DNA of 64,000 bases, from IMG/VR virus record IMGVR_UViG_3300032288_002265, positions 9,328-73,327 of that record, one strand, 5' to 3'. Below, piece after piece: positions 26,266 through 33,589 of this stretch. Within the stretch, counting starts at the first letter, position 1. The number at the start of each line of letters is the position of its first letter. A program made the position numbers and the translations under genes. The notes under the pieces are model-generated. The model searched no databases and was not told the DNA's origin. It was given only the letters and a program-made list of their open reading frames with translations. This stretch comes from a virus.

Positions 26266-26621
26266 TTCGCACCTCCCTTCTGCTGCTGAAGCACGCGGTT
26301 CACGCGGATCCAGTACCGATCCGTGGCGGACTTTGTCGGACCCTTGGGGCCACCGTTCCAGATTCTTGCGGCGTATTCCTGATCGCGACCCTCGGCGTAC
26401 CTCTTGAGGTAGAGGGCGCACACCTTGCGGGCGGCGACCCTGTTGGTCATCGACTTCCAAGTGTATGACGTGCCGGCGAACCGGTTCACGTCTTCGACCA
26501 CGCCACGGTGGATCTGGAGCGGGCCAACGGCCAAGCCTCCGTCACCGATTGCTGAGTCGCGACCGTTGCTCTCGACAATGATCAATGCCGAGACGAGTTG
26601 TGTGAGTTGTGCTGCATCCAT
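26262..26621 (-). CDS. Lysozyme-superfamily protein (SLT / i-type lysozyme-like)
   Basis: IIVES (catalytic Glu), GDGGLAVGPLQI, ARIWNGGPKG. Confidence 0.75.
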   Translation of the reverse strand: MDAAQLTQLVSALIIVESNGRDSAIGDGGLAVGPLQIHRGVVEDVNRFAGTSYTWKSMTNRVAARKVCALYLKRYAEGRDQEYAARIWNGGPKGPTKSATDRYWIRVNRVLQQQKGGAK

Positions 26622-26663
26622 AGTTGTGTTGTGTGTTCCGGTTCAGCCGGATCTGCTAGGGAC

Positions 26664-27032
26664 TCATTCCCTAACATCCGCAGCACTACGTCTGATCTCT
26701 GGAGCATTTCGCTGAATGATCGGGCGCAGCCTGCGGAGGTTAAGAAACGCTGCTCTTTGGCCTCCTTTGCCATTCGATGGGCGGCTCGTTTCGTTGCCGT
26801 TCCAAAGGGATCTGTTCGTCGCGGAGTGAATCCAACTCCGGGCAGTATTTGCGCCTTTCCACGCATCGGATCTCAGCGTCGCCCGCAACTTCCGATTGGC
26901 CATCTCTGGAGCATTACGCTGAATGATGGGAACCCTCTTTTGGTTGCGGCCTGAGTCGATGCGCCAGTGATGCGCCTGACTTGCCTTCATCTTACGTCTG
27001 ACTGTGATCACCCTGTCCCGTGGTGTCGCCAC
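26664..27032 (-). CDS. Possible Arg-rich hypothetical protein
   Basis: Contains the in-frame repeat PIIQRNAPE twice; coding status uncertain. Confidence 0.3.
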   Translation of the reverse strand: MATPRDRVITVRRKMKASQAHHWRIDSGRNQKRVPIIQRNAPEMANRKLRATLRSDAWKGANTARSWIHSATNRSLWNGNETSRPSNGKGGQRAAFLNLRRLRPIIQRNAPEIRRSAADVRE

Positions 27033-27034
27033 GG

Positions 27035-27319
27035 TTAGGACTGACGGCGATGGAACATTTTACCCACGGAGGGGACCATCAAACGCGAGCCCAAGGCTTC
27101 TTCGATCTCCCGCAGGGTTCCCCCCACGAGCAGTCTTTCTTGCAAGGCCTGTGATTCGCACAGGAACGGTTGGTGTTGTAGGTTTATCCGTTTCAATCCG
27201 CCACGGATCACAGCAGCCCGGAGGATTGCAGCCTCGGGGTATCTCCGCAGTTTACGAGTTGCTCGCCGCACACCGATCTCCTTGGCCTCGACGGCTGGGT
27301 GTCTGTTGGGTCTTGGCAT
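27035..27319 (-). CDS. Possible hypothetical basic protein
   Basis: 94-aa ORF co-oriented with the early operon. Confidence 0.4.
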   Translation of the reverse strand: MPRPNRHPAVEAKEIGVRRATRKLRRYPEAAILRAAVIRGGLKRINLQHQPFLCESQALQERLLVGGTLREIEEALGSRLMVPSVGKMFHRRQS

Positions 27320-27389
27320 TCTGCGCTCGACGGTCTCTATCCAGCTGACCGTTGCTTGCTAGGGACTTGGGGACTAGTGCCGCTGACTA

Positions 27390-27496
27390 GGAAGGGACGA
27401 ACCCTCCGGTCAGACCCACGCCGAAGCATGGGGCTGAACGGAAAGCCCGAGGGGCCGAAGCCCACCGGGAAAGAGACAAGGGACGCTGGTCCCTAG
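27390..27496 (-). ncRNA. Candidate structured RNA: tandem UUCG hairpins
   Basis: CCGTTCAGCCCCATGC-TTCG-GCGTGGGTCTGACCGG, CCCGGTGGGC-TTCG-GCCCCTCGGG, a GGAGGG/CCCTTCC stem and an AGGGAC/GTCCCT stem. Confidence 0.4.
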
Positions 27497-27737
27497 AGTA
27501 GGCCAGCCACAAGGAAGGCGCAGATGGCGACAACGCCCACGGACTCGCCCTCCTCGACAATCAGCCGAGCCTCACGAGGCCCAAGCCTGACAATGTGGTG
27601 GACAGCACGGGGCCAAGCGCGGCGTTCATAGCCAAAGCCGAAAAGGACGGGGCGGGATTCAAGGATCATGGGAATGGGATGAATGGGTTGAAGGCCGGGG
27701 CAGATTGCGCCACCCCGGCCCACTAGGGACGCCGTCC

Positions 27738-28298
27738 TTATTCGGCGGACTCGTCGTCGGCGGACTCGTCGGTGTCGTCCATGTCGCCAGCCTCGATCAT
27801 GGCGATGGCCGCTTTCAGCATTTCCACGGCATCGTCGGCATCTTCATCGGCGAAGGCCCAAGCCCGCTTGGCGAGACGCTCCACGGCGTCGGTGTCGTCG
27901 GCTTCACCCTTGGCCTTGGCCTTGCCCTTGGCCTTCCCAGCCTGAATCAGGGCATCGAGGATCGACACGGCATCGCGAGCCTTCCCGGCATCGGAGCGCA
28001 AGGCACGCTGGCGCAGGCCGGCCGCACGCAAGGCCTTGTTCACAGAGTTGCTCTTTTGTGCCCGAGCATAGACCGCTTTGATTCGGCCCGTGATGGCATC
28101 ATCATCGAGACCGAGTGACTTGTACTTGGCGACGGCTTCCTTGACGGCTTGGGTCAGATTGGCTGCAGCAATCACGGCCGTTTCAACGATGGCCTGCAGG
28201 GCGGTGTCGATGGCGACGGCCGAGGCTTCAATGGCCTTGGCATCGGGCTTGGCGGACTTGGTGGCGGGCTTGGCTGACTTGTTGTTGTTGGTGCTCAT
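27738..28298 (-). CDS. Ala/Lys-rich protein with acidic tail; first gene of the early operon
   Basis: 186 aa, strong GC3 bias, AC-rich leader. Confidence 0.75.
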   Translation of the reverse strand: MSTNNNKSAKPATKSAKPDAKAIEASAVAIDTALQAIVETAVIAAANLTQAVKEAVAKYKSLGLDDDAITGRIKAVYARAQKSNSVNKALRAAGLRQRALRSDAGKARDAVSILDALIQAGKAKGKAKAKGEADDTDAVERLAKRAWAFADEDADDAVEMLKAAIAMIEAGDMDDTDESADDESAE

Positions 28299-28570
28299 GT
28301 TGTGTCGTTGTTGTGTGGTGGGCGTTGCTGCCCGTTGTTGTTATTGAATAAGGGACGCACGTCCCTTGTACACATAGGGTTTATGGCGATAAACGGTTGA
28401 TACCCTTACTATCAAAGGTAACAAACGGCCTCGGGGGTGGGGGGAGGGTGGGAACGCTCTGGGCTGGCTGTGGACACATACCCCCCTTTTCTCAACTTTC
28501 TGACTTTGGCAGTATTGAACGGTCCCGCACTCGTCCAGTAACAGTGATAGACGCTGTACTACTACAACGA

Positions 28571-28653
28571 TTGTGCTCTTGCTGGCACTTACTGGATCGT
28601 GCGGGCACTTGCTGGCACTTGCTCCGGGCGGTGGGAGGCACTGGCCGGCACGT
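28571..28653 (+). repeat. Degenerate decamer tandem array, consensus GCTGGCACTT
   Basis: Exact at 28581 and 28611, one mismatch at 28601, degenerate at 28571, 28591, 28634 and 28644. Confidence 0.7.
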
Positions 28654-28915
28654 GCGGGGGTGGGGCGGGGCGACGAAGCCTCCCAGGGGAGATGGGTAGG
28701 TTGGAGCGTGGGGGTCTCCTGTGTCAGCCTCGGGCGATGGTCGCCTTGTCCTACCCTGGCCTGCTACGTGGGCCTGCTGACGCCTTCTCCAGATCACCTG
28801 GAGCGCATTAAGCGGCGAGGGGTTCTGCCCCATTCCGCTCCATCCCTTCACTCGTGGACCGCCTTACGCGATTTCCAGGAGCTACACGGCCGTTCCTCTT
28901 GGGTTCGGCGTGCTC

Positions 28916-28978
28916 GTGTTACCCCTGTAGCGGTGTAGCGTCAAGGGTGTTGACGTTTCTGTGGGTGGCGGGAATCCT
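28916..28978. promoter_or_regulatory. Back-to-back sigma70-like promoters
   Basis: CGTCAA-GGGTG-TTGACG. Minus: TTGACG-17-TAACAC. Plus: TTGACG-17-AATCCT, then ATG 8 nt later. Confidence 0.5.
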
Positions 28979-28986
28979 CTGGAGCA

Positions 28987-29253
28987 ATGAAATCGACGTT
29001 TACCTCGACGACTGCAGCTGTGATTGCCCCAGCCAATGTCTACCGCAAGCACCTGATCATCCACAATGAGAGCGGTGGTCATCTGCACGTGCTTTTGGGG
29101 TCTCGGACGACCGTTTCCACCACCAACTACACTGTCGACATCTCTAACGGACAGGTGTGGCAGGTGCCTGCTGGGTTCATTGGCGTTGTCCAGGGCATCT
29201 ATGCAGCCTCTGGAAGCGCCCAGGTGACCGAGGTCAACGAGACCGACCACTGA
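28987..29253 (+). CDS. Small beta-rich protein, virion-associated-like
   Basis: PANVYRKHLIIHNESG..LHVLLG...AQVTE pattern; the only plus-strand gene in this region. Confidence 0.65.
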   Translation: MKSTFTSTTAAVIAPANVYRKHLIIHNESGGHLHVLLGSRTTVSTTNYTVDISNGQVWQVPAGFIGVVQGIYAASGSAQVTEVNETDH

Positions 29254-29276
29254 TCTTCGGGAATGGAGGGTCTTGG

Positions 29277-30170
29277 CTACGAGGCAACCTTGAACTCGGC
29301 CTTGATGACTCTCTCGTTCATTCCGGTAGAGTAAACCAGGTCCATCCAGACGCTTCCAAGCGGCTTCGGAGGCATCCCACGCTCCACAGCCCAGCCATGG
29401 GAGCCATCACCGTAGTCGTCCTTGTAGCCTGGGGTGCGTATGAAGACCTGCGAGTCCATGGAGACGTGGCTGTTTTTCAGGCGCTCCCGTGCCAGGGTGG
29501 CCATCCATGAGTCATGGGTGTGCCCATTGAGTATCACGTCGGCATCGGGTAGGAACGATGCCTGGCGACGGGTCGAGAGCACACCATGGGTCATCATTCC
29601 ACCGCCTCCAGATCCGTGGAAATACTTCAGTTTCATTGTAACCGAAGCACCTCCTCGCTGGTCCGGCTTGTACTCCCGGTCAGCACCACGGAACTTCACC
29701 CAGCCACCGTAGCCACCAAGTCGAATGCCGTGTCCCTTGGAGCGCATCAGGGCCACCACACGCTCGCTCATGTTGATCTCGTGGCGCTTGAGGACCGAGG
29801 TCTCGTGGTTGCCCATGGCTAGTAGTGCCACAGGGTACTGCATCAGGAACTCGACCGTGTCATCGATGACGGAGTCAAAGTAGGCACCGGAACGGTACTC
29901 GGGTCGAAGCTCGTCCTTGGAGCCTCGAGGATCCCACTTCCCCTGCATGGCGTCGAACCAGTCGCCTGCAATGATGATGACAGCATTCTGTTGGAGAGCT
30001 TCATCGAAGTGGCGTTTGAGCATCTTGCGGTCGCACTTCATGGAGTCGAAGTGGACATCGCTCGTCAGGAGCACCTTCAGTTTCGATCCACGACCAAACG
30101 GAATTAGTATGGAGTGGACGTTACGTGAGAGCTCGGAGACTTCAACGGAGAGAGGATTGATAGACTTCAT
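29277..30170 (-). CDS. Calcineurin-like metallophosphoesterase
   Basis: SDVHFD, GDWFD, GNHE, FHG and GHTH motifs. Confidence 0.88.
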   Translation of the reverse strand: MKSINPLSVEVSELSRNVHSILIPFGRGSKLKVLLTSDVHFDSMKCDRKMLKRHFDEALQQNAVIIIAGDWFDAMQGKWDPRGSKDELRPEYRSGAYFDSVIDDTVEFLMQYPVALLAMGNHETSVLKRHEINMSERVVALMRSKGHGIRLGGYGGWVKFRGADREYKPDQRGGASVTMKLKYFHGSGGGGMMTHGVLSTRRQASFLPDADVILNGHTHDSWMATLARERLKNSHVSMDSQVFIRTPGYKDDYGDGSHGWAVERGMPPKPLGSVWMDLVYSTGMNERVIKAEFKVAS

Positions 30171-30226
30171 GGGAGGAGGAGGAAAACCCTTGACCTCTCC
30201 ATCAAGCGCAATCCTGTAAGTGAGTG

Positions 30227-30532
30227 TCAAGATATGGCGCTGGGCACAAACGGCTCACCAGGGCAACGTTGGGCGTGCTCTGCGAAGCCGGCGTAGGCTC
30301 GGAGATCGACGTAGTTGTCCTCGTGGAAGACCCGCATCGATCGCTGCAGCTTGAACTGGCACATCATCAGTTCAACGACGTGGGATGGCAGGGTGTGAGG
30401 CAGGCGGATGCCGTAGTGCTGCTGGATGGCGGCGGTCCAGCATAGGCCGATGTTATCGTGCGATAGGTGGGGCTCACCGTACACGCTGCCGCGTTGCTGG
30501 ATTGTCTCGCTGACCTTGGATTCGGCGCTCAT
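30227..30532 (-). CDS. DUF6378-like protein (nucleotide diphosphohydrolase-related)
   Basis: QRGSVYG...IGLCW...VELMM..K..R...EDNYVDL.AYA. Confidence 0.7.
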   Translation of the reverse strand: MSAESKVSETIQQRGSVYGEPHLSHDNIGLCWTAAIQQHYGIRLPHTLPSHVVELMMCQFKLQRSMRVFHEDNYVDLRAYAGFAEHAQRCPGEPFVPSAIS

Positions 30533-30773
30533 TTGAAAGTTCGATTGATACGTCGCGCCCCTTGATCGAGACCGACTCTACGGCCTCGCGCTTCAGGAGC
30601 TCTTCGGCCAGTTCGTTGTTCCCTTTCCAGGAATGGCAGACGCAGGCCATGGTGATGTCGTGGTTGTCGGGCTTCGTTGATTTCTTCTTCTTCTCGCCGT
30701 CCGCCTTGAGCTCGCCGCGCACCACCGTGACGACGCGCCCACCTGACAGGGAGACTTGGATTATTGCACTCAT
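30474..30773 (-). CDS. Hypothetical protein
   Basis: Start re-set to MSAIIQ. Confidence 0.55.
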   Translation of the reverse strand: MSAIIQVSLSGGRVVTVVRGELKADGEKKKKSTKPDNHDITMACVCHSWKGNNELAEELLKREAVESVSIKGRDVSIELSNERRIQGQRDNPATRQRVR

Positions 30774-30781
30774 CGTGGAGT

Positions 30782-30818
30782 GCGGTATCCGGCACACAAG
30801 TCAAGCACCGGATACCGC
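30782..30818. repeat. 11-bp perfect inverted repeat
   Basis: GCGGTATCCGG...CCGGATACCGC, intergenic, interleaved with two minus-strand TTGAC boxes. Confidence 0.65.
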
Positions 30819-30841
30819 GTCAATCTTGTTGCGTTTGGGTG

Positions 30842-30943
30842 TTACTTGCCACCTTTGACAGCCTTACCACCCTTGCCGCCCTTGGGCGGAAACGGGAACG
30901 GCTTGCCACCCTTGGTGGACTTGGAATCCTTGGATCCTTTCAT
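30842..30943 (-). CDS. 33-aa Lys/Gly-rich peptide (absent from the ORF track)
   Basis: MKGSKDSKSTKGGKPFPFPPKGGKGGKAVKGGK; GGAGGT SD and ATGA overlap with the methyltransferase stop. Confidence 0.65.
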   Translation of the reverse strand: MKGSKDSKSTKGGKPFPFPPKGGKGGKAVKGGK

Positions 30944-31599
30944 TTCAATTCACCTCCTTTCCTTTTGCGTATCTCCGCAAAAACCAGATTTCCGTCCATG
31001 ATGCGTACAGTGCAATCAGCGACGTGTTTGACCTTGTGGGTCACGTTGTAGAATTGGCCCTTGTTCCACAGCACCAGGTCGTCCCCTGACGTGTCGAAGT
31101 TCCACCCGTGCATCCCCTGATACTTCTGCTTCTCACCCTCGTTGCGGTGGTGGAGCAGCGTTACCCAGCCTCCTGGCTTGGTCACTGCGATCATCTCGAG
31201 GATGACCGTCATCGGGTATTGGCTGTGGTCGACGCTGTTCTGGGCGTTGACCAGATCGAAGTAATCGGCTCCGAACTGCTCGTAGAGCCCCTCGCCAAAG
31301 CCCAGGATGGTCCTGACAGGGGGAACGATGCCATGCTTCTCCAGCAGGCGGTTGTAGCCCTCGGCCAGAGGGTCCACAGCGGTGACAATGATGCGGTCTT
31401 CGCCACAACGCTTGCCGAACGTGGTCAGCGGGCCAGCGCCCACATCGAGCACATGGGCGTTGGCAAAGAGTTTTCCGCGCATGAAGTCGGCAACTTGGGA
31501 ATCGGGGTCAAGGCGGTTCTGGAAATCTCCAGGCCACTGACCTCCCTTGGTCTCCAGAATGGAGTCCCAGAAATTGAGCTCGTGTGAAGTTTCACTCAT
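30940..31599 (-). CDS. Class I SAM-dependent methyltransferase
   Basis: VLDVGAGP, AVDPLA, FDLV..QNSVDH, TKPGG. Confidence 0.88.
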   Translation of the reverse strand: MSETSHELNFWDSILETKGGQWPGDFQNRLDPDSQVADFMRGKLFANAHVLDVGAGPLTTFGKRCGEDRIIVTAVDPLAEGYNRLLEKHGIVPPVRTILGFGEGLYEQFGADYFDLVNAQNSVDHSQYPMTVILEMIAVTKPGGWVTLLHHRNEGEKQKYQGMHGWNFDTSGDDLVLWNKGQFYNVTHKVKHVADCTVRIMDGNLVFAEIRKRKGGELK

Positions 31600-31900
31600 G
31601 CCAACCAACGTCTTGCGGCTGTCCTGTCTCCCTTGCCCAACATCCCCCTCCAAAGCGGATCTTGGTAGGCATATGGCATCCGCACCCATAAGGCGCATTC
31701 TGCCATGGCCTGCATCTGTGGAGATCCCTCCCGTACAACGGACACCGAGCACACTGACGAAGTAGCGCGAGCGTAGTACGACGCGATCTCCATCGCCAAG
31801 GGGAAAGAAGGAATCGGAGCATCCAAATTCCTGGATCCTTCCCCTCGGCGTGGAGAACAGCGATCCACTCACGCAGCCTGCGAAACTTAACAAACCTCAT
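31592..31900 (-). CDS. Cys-rich, probably Zn-binding protein
   Basis: CARCP...C...GCGC...K......CW. Confidence 0.6.
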   Translation of the reverse strand: MRFVKFRRLREWIAVLHAEGKDPGIWMLRFLLSPWRWRSRRTTLALLRQCARCPLYGRDLHRCRPWQNAPYGCGCHMPTKIRFGGGCWARETGQPQDVGWHE

Positions 31901-32138
31901 GCCACAGTTTGTGTACTTTCTGTGGGGTGGTTGGCACGGCCTTTGCCTTGAACAGGTCAAACTGGCCTGAGATGGCATCGGCGAGCACATCACCGCTGAT
32001 GCTGCGCTTGAGCCTGGTGTGTTTCTGCCAGCCCTGAAGCAACTGCTTCTTGGGATCCCAGCGGAACACCCAGACCTTCCCCTGCGCCATTGCCTCGAAC
32101 TTGCAGCGGCGCACCCTCGTTTTCTTCGTTGGATTCAT
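31887..32138 (-). CDS. Hypothetical basic protein
   Basis: Start MNPTKK in an ATGA overlap. Confidence 0.6.
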   Translation of the reverse strand: MNPTKKTRVRRCKFEAMAQGKVWVFRWDPKKQLLQGWQKHTRLKRSISGDVLADAISGQFDLFKAKAVPTTPQKVHKLWHEVC

Positions 32139-33115
32139 AGTCTCGTGACGATTTCTCCCGGCCCGAACCACTCACCCTGGCGCGACCAACGAACAGCGTC
32201 GGTATTGCCATCGATGACCCGGATGGTCGGGAGATTGAGCTTGTTGGCGATGGCACGGACGATCGACTCATCGTTCGTCCCTTCCACGATGTTCCAGATC
32301 TCGTCCATCACCCACGAGAGGTACACCTCGCGGGCTCTGCCGTGCTTCGCGTAGAACCGCTTCGAGTTCCAGAGGTGGAACGCAGTCTTGTTCTTCACGG
32401 GATGATCAGCGGCAATGTCGAGCGTGGTGATCTTACCCACGCGCTTTTTCATCACTGCGGCGAGCATTGGGAGCGAATACTGCTCGGCAAACACCATCTC
32501 GGTGATCGGCAGGTCGCGGCCTGATCCCTTGATCAGAACCTTGTGCGCGGCTGTCACCCCCTTGATTGACCCACGGATCATCAGGGACTCCGCAAGGTGG
32601 CGGTATTCCTCCAGGATCTCCTGGTCGTTGAAGCCCAGTATCGCCGTGTTGAGCGGTGAGACGCATGGAAGTTCTGTAGTCTTGATGATGTCTTCAGCTT
32701 CAGACCATAGGCTATTCCAGGCATATACTTCCCAGTGGCGCGGCTCGTCATGCAGCACGTTCACGTCGTTCCACGTCGACGGCCGCTTCCACAGCACTGC
32801 ATCGAGATCGACGAGGATGCACGGAGCCTTGAGCAGGTTGAGTGCGGCGATCTTACCAGCGGCCCAGTAGGTGTCCTGATTGATCTTTGGATCGATCCGG
32901 AGTCGCAGCACCCCGTCGTAGAGCTTGCTGATGCCGGTCGATTCAGCGAACTCCTGGCCGAGCTCATCGCAGCACAGCATGATGGGTCCGATCATGTCTC
33001 GATACGCCAGTGCGCTGAGCATCATCGTGGCGATCTCGAAGTCCTCGAGGGGCTTCTTGTAGACCAGGGCGTGTGCCCCGATTGGGTCTTGGATGTACAG
33101 GCTTAATCTATTCAT
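32135..33115 (-). CDS. DUF6734-like GT-A-fold nucleotide-sugar transferase
   Basis: WAAGKI...PCILVDLD (DxD), NTAILG, FAEQY, FHLW. Confidence 0.65.
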   Translation of the reverse strand: MNRLSLYIQDPIGAHALVYKKPLEDFEIATMMLSALAYRDMIGPIMLCCDELGQEFAESTGISKLYDGVLRLRIDPKINQDTYWAAGKIAALNLLKAPCILVDLDAVLWKRPSTWNDVNVLHDEPRHWEVYAWNSLWSEAEDIIKTTELPCVSPLNTAILGFNDQEILEEYRHLAESLMIRGSIKGVTAAHKVLIKGSGRDLPITEMVFAEQYSLPMLAAVMKKRVGKITTLDIAADHPVKNKTAFHLWNSKRFYAKHGRAREVYLSWVMDEIWNIVEGTNDESIVRAIANKLNLPTIRVIDGNTDAVRWSRQGEWFGPGEIVTRL

Positions 33116-33543
33116 TGGAACGAGTTTGGTTTTTCTTTTGCGAGGCGGACGAGATGCGGTTTGAGGCCTGGAGATGGTTTGATCTTCAGCACGAACTGCG
33201 GGGGCTGAAACACCTTGAACTCTCCGACTCCTTGTCGCCCTGCGCGGAAAGTTGCGTGAATGGTGCCGATTCCAGGGAGCGCGACTCGCTCTCCGTTGGC
33301 GATCTTCGAGAAGATCCAGGCGATGTAAGCCCGGGTGATCTTCGCAGGCTTGTTGCATGGGCTTTTCTTGGCGTACCCGTAGACCTCGTGCGCGAAGTCA
33401 GTGTGGGTGTTGAGCCGATTGTTGTAGGAACCTTTCCGCAGCAGCCGCTTGGGATAGGCACTGCGAGCAGACGAACTGGTTGAGCTCGGAGTCGAACCAC
33501 TTGTGGGGTCCGTCGGATTCACAGAGGTAGCATCGTTGTTCAT
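33112..33543 (-). CDS. HU/IHF-like DNA-binding protein
   Basis: GERVALPGIGTI...R.GR...KIKPSPGLK. Confidence 0.75.
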   Translation of the reverse strand: MNNDATSVNPTDPTSGSTPSSTSSSARSAYPKRLLRKGSYNNRLNTHTDFAHEVYGYAKKSPCNKPAKITRAYIAWIFSKIANGERVALPGIGTIHATFRAGRQGVGEFKVFQPPQFVLKIKPSPGLKPHLVRLAKEKPNSFQ

Positions 33544-33589
33544 TCCTGTTTTTGGGTGGGACGTATCTGATGGAAGTCTTCGGTTTCAT
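33398..33589 (-). CDS. Small zinc-finger protein overlapping the HU-like gene
   Basis: CYLC...CSQC; ATGA coupling to the dnaB stop. Confidence 0.55.
   Translation of the reverse strand: MKPKTSIRYVPPKNRNEQRCYLCESDGPHKWFDSELNQFVCSQCLSQAAAAERFLQQSAQHPH

Larger units (their letters stand above)
28300..28986. other. Non-coding control region, candidate genome terminus or packaging site
   Basis: No convincing ORF. G-tract motif at 28433-28452, 10-bp tandem repeats at 28571-28653, divergent TTGACG boxes. Confidence 0.5.

Noticed and set aside
26695-26927. CRISPR mini-array
   Set aside because: Only two repeat copies with about 180 bp between them and no cas genes; kept only as an unexplained repeat.
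22071-28367. TAGGGAC palindromes as a CRISPR-like or other regularly spaced guide array
   Set aside because: Spacing is irregular (about 120-1400 bp) and whole genes lie between copies.
28397-28938. Several 70-120-aa ORFs in the control region
   Set aside because: Low-complexity translations of G-runs and tandem repeats, with no SD or codon bias.
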